A stretch of DNA of 60,274 bases, the filler included, from Nitrospirae bacterium CG2_30_53_67 (GTDB lineage: Bacteria > CG2-30-53-67): NCBI GenBank assembly GCA_001873285.1. It is 4 parts of 4 records of this genome, joined end to end, with 100 filler letters (N's around TTAATTAATTAA, not from the genome) between each part and the next. Parts side by side here need not be neighbours in the genome. Positions count along the whole stretch, not along the records: positions 15,301 to 30,778 come from MNYV01000175.1; positions 30,879 to 45,640 come from MNYV01000007.1; 2 more parts are not named here. One strand, given 5' to 3'. Position 1 is the stretch's first letter, and the number at the start of each line of letters is the position of its first letter. The notes below the pieces were generated by a model. The model did no database searches. It was not told the origin of the DNA and worked only from the letters and a program-made list of their open reading frames with translations. A program made the position numbers and the translations under genes. Shown here one piece after another: positions 29,869 to 41,213 of this stretch.

Positions 29869-30219
29869 TTTTTTGCGGCCGTCTCATACAGAAAAACAGT
29901 GCATCACTCTGAAAAAATCCTGCAGCACGGGTGAATGCTACCATAAAGAATTTTGACGATTTTGTCAATTTTTATCCATAGATTCATAAATTGAACAATG
30001 GTTGTGTTTATTCTTGAAATTCAGCAAAATATCTGCTATCTTCTCCGATCAAGCCGGAACGTTACCTTTCAGTCCAGAAAATGGCTTTTAAAGCGGGATT
30101 TGTCCTTGAAATTGCATACCTTGCAAGCAGTGATCTTTTTTTGAAGATTAAGAGGCTGCCGGCGGCCCCGATGGATCAAACTCAAGGATAGACCTTATTA
30201 ACCTCGCAGGGGTGATGCC

Positions 30220-30778
30220 ATGGGTGAACAGGAACAAACCGTGGTCCGTGTCCAGGCCCTAAGATCGAACACGGAGGTCAACGAAGCCATGGTCACTCCT
30301 ATCATAGATGGAATCTCCCGCCTGACTTCAGTGGATTTTCACCAGTACAAGAGAAACTTCGTACAGCGGCAGATACGACGCCAGGTTGTCAAGCGCCGTC
30401 TGAGGACCGAAGAGAACTATCAAGAACAGATTCTTGCCGGCCAATATACGGCCGAGGCATTGATCAACGGGATGACTGTGAACGTCACCTGTTTCTTCCG
30501 TGACCCGCCGCTCTTTGAATTCTTGATGAAAAATATTTTCCCCTTATTGTGGAATCGGCGCCGGAACCGTAGTGAGCGTGAGTTCCGTATCTGGATCATG
30601 GGCTGTTCTACGGGTGAGGAGGCCTATTCCGTGGCCATGGCGCTTCATGAGAGCGTAGGGTCCGACCTCTCTAAAGATAAGGTCCGGATCTATGCCACGG
30701 ACTTGGATGAAGTTGTGGTGCATCATGCAAGGCGGGGAGAATATGAATCAGCCGATCTGAGCCGCTTGGGGCCGGATT
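30220..30778 (+). CDS. CheR-type methyltransferase (3' end lost in gap)
   Basis: VDFHQYK, TVNVTCFFRDP, RIWIMGCSTGEEAYS, IYATDLD. Confidence 0.9.
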
Positions 30779-30878
30779 NNNNNNNNNNNNNNNNNNNNNN
30801 NNNNNNNNNNNNNNNNNNNNNNTTAATTAATTAANNNNNNNNNNNNNNNNNNNNNNNNNNNNNNNNNNNNNNNNNNNN
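30779..30878. other. Artificial contig linker / assembly gap
   Basis: 100 nt of N with TTAATTAATTAA. Confidence 0.97.
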
Positions 30879-30880
30879 TG

Positions 30881-31264
30881 CCTGTATCAGGTACGCTCAG
30901 GTTCAAAGGGGGGGCTGATCCGAATCCCATGGACGGAAGAGTTTCAATCTATCAAGGGATCTTATCGGAAGGCAATCAAATTTCAGGTCTATGGCAAATG
31001 CCGACCTACATGGGTCCGGAATGCGGCAATCAATCGGCTGGGTTTGCCAAGGGGAATTTTACAGGACAGAACCATTGCGGCCAAATGACCAAGACCCTCA
31101 GTGGAGTCTGGCCCTGGTATGACATCAATACATGCGCTATTTCAGGAAACGGTTTTTTCTCCGGGAACGCGACAGCCAACAGAAACTTCTGGAACCTGAA
31201 CCTGGAAGACCATGCATTTAAGAAGACCAACATCCATGATCATCCGGCCCCAAGCCATCCTTGA
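30881..31264 (+). CDS. 3' part of hypothetical protein (5' end in gap)
   Basis: Frame open from contig edge to TGA 31264; Gly/Asn-rich, no recognisable motif. Confidence 0.4.
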   Translation, partial: PVSGTLRFKGGADPNPMDGRVSIYQGILSEGNQISGLWQMPTYMGPECGNQSAGFAKGNFTGQNHCGQMTKTLSGVWPWYDINTCAISGNGFFSGNATANRNFWNLNLEDHAFKKTNIHDHPAPSHP

Positions 31265-31305
31265 CCTTTTTTCTTTCTCTGACGGCGCAAATCAGAAAGC
31301 CGTCT

Positions 31306-31872
31306 CTACTTCAGGTAGGCCTTCTGTATATAGATGGACTTCAACGGATTGTCCATGCGGTCCCTGGGAGCGCTGACGATCTTGCCGACCACGTCCATCC
31401 CTTCGACGACATGGCCGAAGACCGTATACTGGCGGTCGAGATGGGGGGCCGCGGCCACGCAGATGAAGAACTGCGACCCGGCGCTGTCGGGATCCATGGA
31501 CCTTGCCATGGAAACCGTTCCGCTCACGTGCTTGCGGCTGCTGAACTCGGCCTGGATGGTATAACCCGGCCCGCCCATGCCGTCGTTGCTCCGGTCGTCG
31601 TCCTTGGTGTTGGGATCGCCTCCCTGGATCATGAAACCGGGGATGACCCGGTGGAAATAAGTCTTGTTATAAAAACCCTCCTTGACAAGCTTTTTGAAAT
31701 TCTCCACGGTCTTCGGGGCTGCATCCGGATCAAAGGCAATGAGGATCTTTCCAAAATCCGTCTCCAAAACGGCTTGGGGCTCGCCCTTCCCGGGTTCAGC
31801 CGCATGAAGATGCGTGGTCATAAAGAAAACCGATGCCAATCCACTCATGAACATTGTAACGAAACTTTTCAT
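31306..31872 (-). CDS. Cyclophilin-type peptidylprolyl isomerase with signal peptide
   Basis: APKTVENF, FHRVIPGFMIQGGDP, SMAR, AGSQFFI, YTVFG. Confidence 0.95.
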   Translation of the reverse strand: MKSFVTMFMSGLASVFFMTTHLHAAEPGKGEPQAVLETDFGKILIAFDPDAAPKTVENFKKLVKEGFYNKTYFHRVIPGFMIQGGDPNTKDDDRSNDGMGGPGYTIQAEFSSRKHVSGTVSMARSMDPDSAGSQFFICVAAAPHLDRQYTVFGHVVEGMDVVGKIVSAPRDRMDNPLKSIYIQKAYLK

Positions 31873-31960
31873 GCTGATCTTCCTCCCTTGTTCAATGGTA
31901 TATCAAAACCCGAACCACAGAGCTCTGTGGTTTCATTCTAACTCTTTTTTCCAGAATAGA

Positions 31961-32542
31961 TCAGATGAGCGGATTGATTGCCTTCCAGATTTCATTTCGC
32001 CCCTCGGACGTGACGGCGGAGAAAAAGATCAGGGGATCTTCTCCGGACAATCCCATGGATTCCCGGATCTTCAGGACCTGCGTCTTTCTTTGCCCCATGG
32101 TGATCTTATCCGATTTCGTGGCCGCGGTCAAGATTCGGATTCCATGAGAGAGAAGATACTCCCGCATGATTCTGTCCAATTCTCCCGGCCGGCGCCTGGC
32201 ATCCAGGATATGGACCACGCAGGTGAGATGCCGGTTCTCTTCGAGATATTGCTCCACCATGGGGCCGAAGCGCTCCCGAACATCCTTCGGCACTTTTGCA
32301 AATCCATACCCCGGAAGATCCACAAAAAAAAAGGACTGGTTGATCAGAAAAAAATTGATCATCTGGGTACGGCCGGGTGTGGAGCTGACCTTGACGAGTT
32401 TTTTCCGGTTGAGAAGGGCATTGATCAGAGAGGATTTCCCCACATTGGAGCGCCCGACAAAGGCGATTTCAAGGAGGCGCTTTACCGGATAGTCTTTCCT
32501 ATGGACAGCGGAAAGAACGAACTCTGCAGAGAGGATTTTCAT
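31961..32542 (-). CDS. engB: Ribosome biogenesis GTP-binding protein YihA/YsxC
   Basis: GRSNVGKSSLIN, TPGRT, DLPGYG, TKSDK; longer ORF-track start lies inside the MITE. Confidence 0.95.
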   Translation of the reverse strand: MKILSAEFVLSAVHRKDYPVKRLLEIAFVGRSNVGKSSLINALLNRKKLVKVSSTPGRTQMINFFLINQSFFFVDLPGYGFAKVPKDVRERFGPMVEQYLEENRHLTCVVHILDARRRPGELDRIMREYLLSHGIRILTAATKSDKITMGQRKTQVLKIRESMGLSGEDPLIFFSAVTSEGRNEIWKAINPLI

Positions 32543-32549
32543 AAAGAGC

Positions 32550-32841
32550 GGGTGAAAACATAAGGGTTCAAGGATTCCAGGGGTCAAGTGAAATACTGAA
32601 AACATAAAGAGCCGAGGGTCATAGGGTTACGCTTCGCGTGTCCCACTTTTGTCTATTTTTGTCGTTAGATCCCGGCATCTCGTTGAATCTACTTTTCCAG
32701 GGCCGGGACCCTCTGCTACGGCCACTACACTACGGCATCTTGGGGTCAAGGGTTCCAGTATTTTTCTCTGGAGATTTTACTTGCATTTAAGTATTTCACT
32801 TGATTCCTTGACCCCTTGGACCCTCGACCCCTTTTTACCCA
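32550..32841. mobile_element. MITE family B copy between clpX and engB
   Basis: Aligns along its length with 20527-20784 apart from a ~40-nt internal insert; outermost ends missing. Confidence 0.8.
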
Positions 32842-32844
32842 CAA

Positions 32845-34086
32845 CTATGCGCTTTCCTTCTGTTCATAGATCAGGATCGGCTGCTCCAGACCCTTGACGA
32901 CTTCCTCGGAGATGATGCATTCCTTCACGTTCACCTGGGAGGGAAGCTCATACATCACGTCGAGCATCACGTTTTCCAGAACCGCCTTGAGCCCACGTGC
33001 GCCGGTCTTGCGCTTTTGGGCGGTCTTCGCCACACCGTCCAATGCCCCCTGGGTGAATTTCAGTTTTACTCCCTCAAGCTCGAAAAACTTCTGGTACTGT
33101 TTGATCAGGGCGTTCTTGGGTTCGGTCAGAATCCGGACCAGGGCATCCTCGTCCAGTTCGTCCAGGGCGGCGAGGACCGGGAGCCGGCCGACGAACTCCG
33201 GAATCATCCCGTACTTCAACAGATCCTCGGGTTCAACCCTGGAGAGGATCTCCCCGATCGGCTTATTTTGTTTGCTCTGGATCTTGGCGCCGAATCCCAT
33301 GGCCTTTTCACCCATCCGGTTTTCGACGATCTTGTCCAGCCCGACGAAGGCGCCTCCGCAGATAAACAGGATGTTCGTGGTATCCACCTGCAGGAACTCC
33401 TGGTGAGGATGTTTCCTCCCTCCCTGCGGCGGGACATTGGCCACGGTCCCCTCGATGATCTTCAGAAGGGCCTGCTGCACGCCCTCACCCGAGACGTCCC
33501 TGGTAATGGACGGGTTTTCCGACTTCCTGGCGATCTTGTCGATCTCGTCGATATAGATGATCCCCTGCTGCGCCCGCTCCACGTCGTAATCCGCATTCTG
33601 CAGGAGTTTCAGTATGATGTTTTCCACATCCTCGCCTACATATCCAGCCTCGGTCAGGGTCGTGGCATCTACGATGGCGAATGGGACGTCCAGGATACGG
33701 GCCATGGTCTGGGCCAGGAGGGTCTTGCCGGATCCCGTGGGTCCGACCAGAAGGATATTGCTTTTCTGAATCTCCACGTCTCCGAGATTGATATTGGTGG
33801 CCAGACGCTTGTAATGGTTGTGCACGGCCACTGAGAGAACCTTCTTGGCATAGGTCTGGCCGATGACATAATCGTCGAGAACCTTCTTGATGACTCGAGG
33901 CTGAGGGACCTTATCAAACTTGTCAATCCTCTTGACCTGCATCTCCTCTGCAATAATCTCGTTGCAGAGGTTGATGCACTCGTCGCAGATGTACACGGTA
34001 TGACCTGCAATCAGTTTTTTCACGTCTTCCTGGCTCTTGCCGCAGAAAGAACACTTCAAAGTCCCTGACGGATCACTTTTTTTCAT
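32845..34086 (-). CDS. clpX: ATP-dependent Clp protease ATP-binding subunit
   Basis: CSFCGK Zn finger, [26 protein letters not shown]. Confidence 0.98.
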   Translation of the reverse strand: MKKSDPSGTLKCSFCGKSQEDVKKLIAGHTVYICDECINLCNEIIAEEMQVKRIDKFDKVPQPRVIKKVLDDYVIGQTYAKKVLSVAVHNHYKRLATNINLGDVEIQKSNILLVGPTGSGKTLLAQTMARILDVPFAIVDATTLTEAGYVGEDVENIILKLLQNADYDVERAQQGIIYIDEIDKIARKSENPSITRDVSGEGVQQALLKIIEGTVANVPPQGGRKHPHQEFLQVDTTNILFICGGAFVGLDKIVENRMGEKAMGFGAKIQSKQNKPIGEILSRVEPEDLLKYGMIPEFVGRLPVLAALDELDEDALVRILTEPKNALIKQYQKFFELEGVKLKFTQGALDGVAKTAQKRKTGARGLKAVLENVMLDVMYELPSQVNVKECIISEEVVKGLEQPILIYEQKESA

Positions 34087-34100
34087 CTCACTTTCCTTTC

Positions 34101-34718
34101 CTATTCTTTTTCTTTCTTTTCTCCGGGAGCAGCCCCTTCACGATGGGCAATCACTTCATCGATCAGCCCATACTCCTTGGCCTCGGTACCGGACATGAAA
34201 AAGTCCCTGTCCGTATCCTTCTGTATCCTCTTGACCGGCTGTTCCGTGTGCTTGGCCAGGATTTCATTCAGGGTTTCCTTGATCTTCAGGATCTCCTTTG
34301 CATGGATCTCCACGTCCGAAGCCACACCCTGGAATCCGCCAAGGGGCTGGTGAATCATGATCCGGGTATTGGGGAGCGCAAAACGCTTCCCCTTGGTTCC
34401 GGCGGCCAGGAGGACCGCCCCCATACTGGCCGCCTGCCCGATGCAGATGGTGGAAACCTGAGGCTTGATATACTGCATGGTATCATAGATGGCCAGTCCG
34501 GAAGTGACGATGCCGCCCGGAGAATTGATGTACAGGTTGATGTCCTTATCGGGATCCTCGGCTTCGAGAAACAGAAGCTGGGCAATAATCAGGTTCGACA
34601 TATAGTCATCGATGGCGGTCCCCACAAAGATAATCCTGTCCTTGAGCAGCCGGGAATAGATATCATAGGCCCGTTCGCCCCGTGCCGTCTGTTCCACCAC
34701 CATGGGAATAAGCGTCAT
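34101..34718 (-). CDS. clpP: ATP-dependent Clp protease proteolytic subunit
   Basis: [23 protein letters not shown]. Confidence 0.98.
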   Translation of the reverse strand: MTLIPMVVEQTARGERAYDIYSRLLKDRIIFVGTAIDDYMSNLIIAQLLFLEAEDPDKDINLYINSPGGIVTSGLAIYDTMQYIKPQVSTICIGQAASMGAVLLAAGTKGKRFALPNTRIMIHQPLGGFQGVASDVEIHAKEILKIKETLNEILAKHTEQPVKRIQKDTDRDFFMSGTEAKEYGLIDEVIAHREGAAPGEKKEKE

Positions 34719-34768
34719 TCGAATACTCCTTACCGACCAGTTGAATCGGTTATCAAAAAAAGAGAGGG

Positions 34769-36121
34769 TTACTCCTTGCCTCCCCCCTCGGTTTCATGTA
34801 CGTCTTCCCCTGTAACTTTAGCATTTTCAAGCAAAAAGTCAAGGATCTTTTCGTTTAAGAGCATGAGTCTGAAAGGTTCGAGCGAACCCACCTGTTTCAT
34901 GTAGAGATCCCTTAATACCTCCTTAGACATGGAAGACTCCCATGCCCTTTTTCCCAGGGCGGATTCAACCTCATCGGGTGTGACCGTGATTCCTTCTTTT
35001 TCCGCAAGCTGTTCGATAATAAAACTCCAGGCGACATCTCTCCGGGCCTTTTTATCCAGCACCGTCTCCTCCACCACTCCATGGATCTCTTCGGTTTTCG
35101 GCTCCTTGCCTGAACGGTGGAGGTTCGATTTAAAGCTCTCCTTCAGGGCCTTCTTCTGACGTTCGATCATGATCTCGGGAAGTTCTTCGATCGGGTTCCT
35201 CCGGAGGACCTCATCCATGATCTCAAGATGCAGGTCCTCCCGGATTCTCTTGGCCTCCTCGGCCTCCAGCCCCTTGCGGACCTCAGCCTTCAGTTCGTTG
35301 AGGGTCCCGAACCTCTCGCCCACATCCTTTGCAAATTCATCATCCAGGGCCGGAAGTTTTTTCTGTTTGATGTCCTTGAGGTTCACCTTGAAGACCGCCT
35401 TTGCCCCGGAGAGTCCGGCGGCATGGTAATTTTCAGGAAAGGTCACGGGAATCTCCTTGGCCTCACCTTTCTTCATTCCCAGGAACCCATCTTCCAACCC
35501 GGCAATCATCTTACCTTCGCCCACTTCGATAAGCTGACCGGTCCCCTTGCCCCGTTCAATGGGTTTGCCGTCCACAAAACCTTCAATGTCCGCTTCGGCA
35601 ACGTCCCCCCTGACCACCTGGTGGTCTTCATCTTCATAGGCAGAGAGTTCCGCTAACCTCTCCTGCATGTCCCGGATCACCCGGTCCACCATCTCATCCG
35701 TGATCTTGGTCTCTTTCTTGGATCTCGGCACCCCCTTGTAATCCTTGACCTCGAACTTCGGTTTGATATAGACCGTGGCATCAAAACGGAAAGGCTCACC
35801 TTCGCTGAGGTGGACATTCCGGATGATCGGCATATCCACCGGTTTAAGGGCCGACTTCTCCAGGGCCTTGGCGTAATAGTCAGGGATGATCCGTTGAAGA
35901 AGATCCTCGTGCACATCACGAGAGAGACGGCTGCGGATCATGGAGATCGGGGTCTTGCCCGGACGGAAACCCGGGAATTTGACCTTTTTCTGCAGGTTTT
36001 GATAGGTCTTTTTGAATTCCAGTTCAATCTCTTCCGTGGGAACCTCCACCTTCAGGACCCTCTTGGTCCGGCTCGGCTCCTCCACGCTCAGTTTTATCTC
36101 TTTCTCCTCTTGGTTTTCCAT
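34769..36121 (-). CDS. tig: Trigger factor
   Basis: PGFRPGK motif, FKBP domain TFPENYHA, tig-clpP-clpX order; ATG 36121 has AGGAAG RBS. Confidence 0.95.
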   Translation of the reverse strand: MENQEEKEIKLSVEEPSRTKRVLKVEVPTEEIELEFKKTYQNLQKKVKFPGFRPGKTPISMIRSRLSRDVHEDLLQRIIPDYYAKALEKSALKPVDMPIIRNVHLSEGEPFRFDATVYIKPKFEVKDYKGVPRSKKETKITDEMVDRVIRDMQERLAELSAYEDEDHQVVRGDVAEADIEGFVDGKPIERGKGTGQLIEVGEGKMIAGLEDGFLGMKKGEAKEIPVTFPENYHAAGLSGAKAVFKVNLKDIKQKKLPALDDEFAKDVGERFGTLNELKAEVRKGLEAEEAKRIREDLHLEIMDEVLRRNPIEELPEIMIERQKKALKESFKSNLHRSGKEPKTEEIHGVVEETVLDKKARRDVAWSFIIEQLAEKEGITVTPDEVESALGKRAWESSMSKEVLRDLYMKQVGSLEPFRLMLLNEKILDFLLENAKVTGEDVHETEGGGKE

Positions 36122-36269
36122 TTTATTCTTCCTTTCAGACATCGAATGATATGGCTCTCTATGAACCCTCCCGGACAGGAGCCCCCCGGGAATAACGCGC
36201 CCCGGCATCTCAACCATCAGCGATTATTTACCCGATCTCTAAAGGTCAGGATTTGATATGAGGGACCGA

Positions 36270-36357
36270 TGGTGCGAGAGGGGGGACTCGAACCCCCAAT
36301 CCGCAAAGCGGGCTAGATCCTAAGTCTAGTGCGTATACCAAATTTCGCCACTCTCGC
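36270..36357 (-). tRNA. tRNA-Leu(TAG)
   Basis: Reverse complement folds: GCGAGAG/CTCTCGC acceptor, CTAGA-CTTAGGA-TCTAG anticodon arm, long variable arm, encoded CCA. Confidence 0.95.
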
Positions 36358-36427
36358 GGAAAACAGGCTGCGGCTGATTGGATGATCTCCCCCCTAACCG
36401 GCAGGGTGCCCCGCTGATTATGAATTT

Positions 36428-36455
36428 ATTATAGGGATTTTGTCTTTTTTGTCAA
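36428..36455 (-). promoter_or_regulatory. Consensus sigma70 promoter for tRNA-Leu (and probably tig-clpP-clpX)
   Basis: TTGACA-16-TATAAT on minus strand. Confidence 0.75.
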
Positions 36456-36472
36456 CAACTTGTTTTCCATTG

Positions 36473-38359
36473 TCATTTCAGATCCTCCAACGCCTCCCAC
36501 CGCGCATAGACCTGGTCCAGTTCTTTCTCCAGCGCCTCAAGCCTTGACTTGGTTGCAGACACTGAGCCGCCGCTTTCGCGATAAAAGGCCGGGTCAGCCA
36601 TAGACGCATGGATCTGCTGCCGTTCCGATTCGAGCGCTTCGATGCGCTCGGGAAGGCTTTCAAGCTCCTTCTGCTCCTTAAAATTCAGCCTGCGTCGTTT
36701 CTCAGCCTGAGGACGCGTGCCTTGCCTTGTCTCTTCCTTCCTGACCGGGACCACGGGAGCGGCCGGTTTCCTCTGCCGGCGCCAGTCGTCATACCCGCCG
36801 ACGTATTCATTCACCCGGCCTTTGCCTTCGAACACGAGCGTGCTGGTGACGACATGATTGATCAACGCCCGGTCGTGGCTCACCAACAGCACGGCGCCGG
36901 GATAGTCCATCAGAAGCTCTTCGAGCAGATCAAGGGTCTCGATGTCCAGGTCATTCGTGGGCTCGTCGAGCACGAGCACGTTCGACGGCCTGGTGAAAAG
37001 CCTGGCGAGCAGCAGGCGGTTCCGCTCCCCGCCGGAGAGGACCTTCACGGGACTGCGCGCCCGATCAGGCGAAAAAAGAAAATCCTGCAGATAACCGATG
37101 ACATGCCGCCGGCTGCCGTTGATGGTCACATAGTCGCTTCCGCCCGAGACGTTATCCTGAACGGACTTTTCATCCTTCAATTGGGCGCGGTGCTGGTCGA
37201 GGTAAGCCACCTCCATATTCGTGCCGTGCCGGATCGTCCCTTTCGTGGGGGGTAGATCGCCGAGCAGGATTTTAAGCAGCGTGGTCTTGCCGGCGCCGTT
37301 TGGACCGATGATACCCACCTTATCGCCGCGGAGGATGGCCGTTGAAAAGTCTCGAATCACCTCGCTGCCTTCGTAGCTGTGGCTCACGTTCCGCGCCTCG
37401 ATCACAAGCCTGCCCGTGCGCTCCGCCTCCTGTATTCGCATATGCGCCGTACCGGTCCGTTCTCGCCGCTCGCTCCGGGTCCTTCGGAGTTCCTTGAGCG
37501 CGCGCACGCGGCCTTCATTCCGCGTCCTGCGCGCCTTGACGCCCCGGCGGATCCAGGCCTCCTCCTCGGCCAGCTTTTTGTCGAATTTTGCGTTTTCCGC
37601 AGCTTCGGTATCAAGCGCAGCCTGCTTGAGTTCAAGATAGGCCTGGTAATTCCCAGGCCAGCTCGTCAGTCTGCCTCGGTCAAGATCAACAATCCGCGTG
37701 GCCAGCTTCCGGATCAGCATACGGTCGTGGGTTACGAAAACAAGGGTCCCGCCGAAAGAAAGCAGGAACGCTTCAAGCCAGGCAATGGCACCGATGTCCA
37801 GATGGTTTGTGGGTTCGTCTAAAAGCAGGAGGTCCGGCTCGCCTGCCAGCGCCTTTGCGAGCAGGACCATGCGCTTCCGGCCGCCTGAAAGCTCGGAGAA
37901 CTCGGCGTCAGGAGGAAGCTTCAGGCGAGAGAGAATCGTCTCGATACGCTGCTGTATTTGCCGGCCCCCGGCGGTCTCGAACTTGTGTTGGACACTCTCG
38001 ATCTCTGCCATCAGCTTCTCGCTGTGATCATGGGCCGGTTTATTGCTCAGATGGCGATACTCGGAAAGCAGTTTCCCCTGCTCGCCCAACGCGCCCGATA
38101 CCACGTTGAACACACTCCCCAAAAGCGCCTGTGGGACCTCCTGGGCCAGAAGCGCGCTCTGCATGCCCTGCTGAAACACGATCTTTCCATCATCCTGCCT
38201 GACTTCGCCGGTGATGAGCCGCAGGATCGTCGACTTGCCTGTCCCGTTCCTTCCGATGAGGCAGACCCGCTCGCCCCGGTCAATGGAGAGATCAATACTT
38301 TCAAGCAATGGCGGTCCGCCGAAGCTGACATGGACACCCTGCAAACTGACTAATGCCAT
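36473..38359 (-). CDS. uup: ABC-F family ATPase (Uup-like)
   Basis: Two ABC domains without TM segments, WIRRGVKARRTRNEGRVRAL linker, C-terminal coiled coil. Confidence 0.9.
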   Translation of the reverse strand: MALVSLQGVHVSFGGPPLLESIDLSIDRGERVCLIGRNGTGKSTILRLITGEVRQDDGKIVFQQGMQSALLAQEVPQALLGSVFNVVSGALGEQGKLLSEYRHLSNKPAHDHSEKLMAEIESVQHKFETAGGRQIQQRIETILSRLKLPPDAEFSELSGGRKRMVLLAKALAGEPDLLLLDEPTNHLDIGAIAWLEAFLLSFGGTLVFVTHDRMLIRKLATRIVDLDRGRLTSWPGNYQAYLELKQAALDTEAAENAKFDKKLAEEEAWIRRGVKARRTRNEGRVRALKELRRTRSERRERTGTAHMRIQEAERTGRLVIEARNVSHSYEGSEVIRDFSTAILRGDKVGIIGPNGAGKTTLLKILLGDLPPTKGTIRHGTNMEVAYLDQHRAQLKDEKSVQDNVSGGSDYVTINGSRRHVIGYLQDFLFSPDRARSPVKVLSGGERNRLLLARLFTRPSNVLVLDEPTNDLDIETLDLLEELLMDYPGAVLLVSHDRALINHVVTSTLVFEGKGRVNEYVGGYDDWRRQRKPAAPVVPVRKEETRQGTRPQAEKRRRLNFKEQKELESLPERIEALESERQQIHASMADPAFYRESGGSVSATKSRLEALEKELDQVYARWEALEDLK

Positions 38360-38407
38360 AAAATGCCCCGTTCGCCTTCAGCGATGTTTTCACCTTCAAA
38401 GAGAAGA

Positions 38408-40888
38408 TCACCGGATATTTCCGGCAGGTCCGGGGGGCGTCTGCGTCTTTCTGAACAGCCTGTCCACAGCGGATGCATCCACGCTCCGCACGTGCAGGTC
38501 CCTCTGGGGGAAAGGGATCTCCACTCCGGATGCCCTGAACGTCCGGTCAATCTCCATGTGCAATTCGCTCTTCATCTCAACAAGTTTCCGCACATCCCCA
38601 ATCCAGACACGAAGTTCAAAGTTCAGAGAGCTTTCACCAAAACTTAAAAACAGCACCTGCGGCTCGGGATTTTTGAGCGCCAAGGGATGTCTATGGGCCG
38701 CTTCAAAGAGAAGCCGCATCACCAGTGGGACATCGGAGCCGTATGCTACCCCCACCGGGATGACGAGCCTGACCATCTTGTCAGACAAGGTCCAGTTGGT
38801 CACCTGACTCGAAACCAGATCACTGTTAGGAACGATGATTTCCGCACGGTCAAAGGTCTGGACCACGGTTGCCCTCAGACCGATCTGTTTGACCTCCCCC
38901 CACTCGCCGCTGATCTGCACGATGTCGCCGACTTTAATCGGACGTTCGAAGAGAAGGATGAGGCCGCTCACAAAGTTGTTGGCGATATTCTGAAGCCCGA
39001 AACCGATGCCGATGCCTAAGGCGCCGGTAAGGATGACCAGGTTCTTGAGTTCAAAGCCCACAGCCCCCAGGGCAAGGATAAACCCCACGAGAACCAAGAG
39101 GTAGTGAAATAACCGGACAATCGAAATACCGGTTCCGTGCTCCACCTGACTCTTGGGAAAAACATCATGGAGCAGAAGCGATTGCAAGGTCCAGGATACC
39201 AGGAATGCGCTGTAAAGCACCGCCGCCGCGGTGATCATGTGTCCGGCCGTAAAGCGATGTTCCCCGACGGCAAACCCCAAAGAGAAGAGCCCTTTCAGCG
39301 CATCCATGGGCGTTTCGAATACCCTCCAGATTTCCAAAATAAGGATCAGGGCAATGAATCCGATCAAGAGGTCCGTGAACATCCCCAGACGTTTGACGAT
39401 CATGTTCCTGTTGATGCGGATCATTGTAAATTTTTTGAGAAAGGTGTTCGACACGATGAACTCAAATGCGCCGCGCGCGATGGTCGCGGCCACCCAGGCA
39501 AGAAGGACCAGGAAGGTCGTCTTGATCGTGGAATCAAAAAGATGGGTGGCCAGGGCGCTGTAGCCGCCCACCTCTGCGGCGAGTATCACGGCAAAAACCG
39601 TTCCGCCCAGACGGAGCGCCCAAGTGTACAGGGGGGAGTCGCCTCTCTTGACACTGGTATCCGCTCTCCAGAAGCATAGAGGGAATCCGCACAAAGCTGC
39701 AAAAGAAACATAGAGACGGAATACAGGCTCGGGCAGACCGAACACGGAAAAGAAATGGGCCGCAAGGAAAAGGCATGCAAGCAGATAGACCAGCCTCCGC
39801 TTCCACGGCAGGGTGATGAGGCTTCCGACCAGCCGTGCCGCGGCAAGGCTGGCCGCTATCCAGAGCACAAGCCGCCATACAGACGGGACTGCGCTGCCGT
39901 ACAGGGGAAAGAGCGAGGAGACTGAAAGAAAAAGGCTTGCGGAAAAGGGGCGCATGAGAAGGAATCGCCACCGGTCCGATGCCTTTAGCAGTCCGCGGCG
40001 CCGGTAGATGCCCATCATGAGGACCAGCGCGAAAAAAAGCTGCAAGACCGCCACCCAGCCTTGGCTCATGAAAAATTCTTTATCCGGCCATTCGGCGGAC
40101 CGAACCCCTCCCATAAATTCGGTCCATAGATTCTTCTTGAAGAGGGTGTAATACTTGGGTGAAAACATGGAATGGGATGACTTCCTGAAGATGTCTCCAC
40201 GGACAGTCTTCAGCAGCGCATCCAACTCCATGGATACCTGTTGGATCTCTTTCTCCGCCTTTTCGGCCTTGCGTTGGACCTCCAACACGGATTTCAGTCT
40301 TGAGTTGGAGAGATCAATCATACTGTCAATGATCCGGCCGGCTTCTGAAAAGGTCGGTTTCAAGGGTCCAAAAGGAACGTTTTTTTTCAGCGAGAGCCGC
40401 CACGCATTCCATTTTTCCTTTTCATCAGACCATTCCTTCTGAATCGAGCCCGATAGGTTCAGGGCCGAGGAAAGATCTTCATTGATCCGGCCGAGTTCCT
40501 CGGCCTCGCTTCTTGCCATATCCTTGAGATCCTCAATCTGAATGGTCCCGTATGACTTCGACTGCTTCAATGCATCGAACTGAGCGGCAAGCTCATTCAC
40601 CCTCTCGCCTGCCTCCGAGATCTTCTTCTCGGTTTCGGCCATGTCCGGGGAATCTGTGACTTCTTTTTCCTGAATGGCGGCACGCTCCCGAAGTCTCGTC
40701 ATCGTGACCACCAGGTCACCGAGACTCCCCAAAGACGGCGTATTCTCGGCCTTGGCCGGCGCACCGGCCTCCGGCGAAAAGGCATCAGCCGAAAAGGCCG
40801 AAGGAATCAGCAGGGAGAATATGGATATGGCGGCAAGCAATCCAGCATAAAACCTCCTGATCATCATTTCCATCGCTGAACCATTCAT
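38408..40888 (-). CDS. Large MscS-family mechanosensitive channel (MscK-like)
   Basis: Signal peptide, coiled coil, many TMs, GIGFGLQNIANNFVSGLILLFERPIKVGD, EIPFPQRD. Confidence 0.92.
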   Translation of the reverse strand: MNGSAMEMMIRRFYAGLLAAISIFSLLIPSAFSADAFSPEAGAPAKAENTPSLGSLGDLVVTMTRLRERAAIQEKEVTDSPDMAETEKKISEAGERVNELAAQFDALKQSKSYGTIQIEDLKDMARSEAEELGRINEDLSSALNLSGSIQKEWSDEKEKWNAWRLSLKKNVPFGPLKPTFSEAGRIIDSMIDLSNSRLKSVLEVQRKAEKAEKEIQQVSMELDALLKTVRGDIFRKSSHSMFSPKYYTLFKKNLWTEFMGGVRSAEWPDKEFFMSQGWVAVLQLFFALVLMMGIYRRRGLLKASDRWRFLLMRPFSASLFLSVSSLFPLYGSAVPSVWRLVLWIAASLAAARLVGSLITLPWKRRLVYLLACLFLAAHFFSVFGLPEPVFRLYVSFAALCGFPLCFWRADTSVKRGDSPLYTWALRLGGTVFAVILAAEVGGYSALATHLFDSTIKTTFLVLLAWVAATIARGAFEFIVSNTFLKKFTMIRINRNMIVKRLGMFTDLLIGFIALILILEIWRVFETPMDALKGLFSLGFAVGEHRFTAGHMITAAAVLYSAFLVSWTLQSLLLHDVFPKSQVEHGTGISIVRLFHYLLVLVGFILALGAVGFELKNLVILTGALGIGIGFGLQNIANNFVSGLILLFERPIKVGDIVQISGEWGEVKQIGLRATVVQTFDRAEIIVPNSDLVSSQVTNWTLSDKMVRLVIPVGVAYGSDVPLVMRLLFEAAHRHPLALKNPEPQVLFLSFGESSLNFELRVWIGDVRKLVEMKSELHMEIDRTFRASGVEIPFPQRDLHVRSVDASAVDRLFRKTQTPPGPAGNIR

Positions 40889-40990
40889 GTCCGTTCCCTG
40901 TCTGTGAGTTTAAAAGAAAAAACCGGGATCAATTTTAATGAGTCACTCTATTATGTTTTGTCCCAGCAGTCAAGTTACCCCCTCCAATCT

Positions 40991-41081
40991 GGGTCTGCGG
41001 CAAATTTATGGGTAAACATTTCTCTAAGAGCGTCATTCCCCGACCCCCGATCGCAGTCGAGGGCAGGCTTGATCGGGGAAT
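40991..41081. mobile_element. MITE family A, right-end fragment (inverted)
   Basis: Reverse complement matches GGGGAATGACGCTCTTAGAGAAAT...CCCATAAATTTG.CGCAGACCC of 13635-13685. Confidence 0.75.
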
Positions 41082-41213
41082 TGGTACACATCAAGATTAT
41101 ATATGAAGCTAACATAATAAATAATAAATCAAATTATCTAATATCAATAATTAATTAACATATAAACGATATTTAAAATTTTATGCGGATACCCTCAGCA
41201 TTTCAATGTCTTT

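Noticed and set aside
25384..36357. tRNA genes as prophage/island attachment sites
   Set aside because: No integrase and no duplicated tRNA 3' end seen in either segment.
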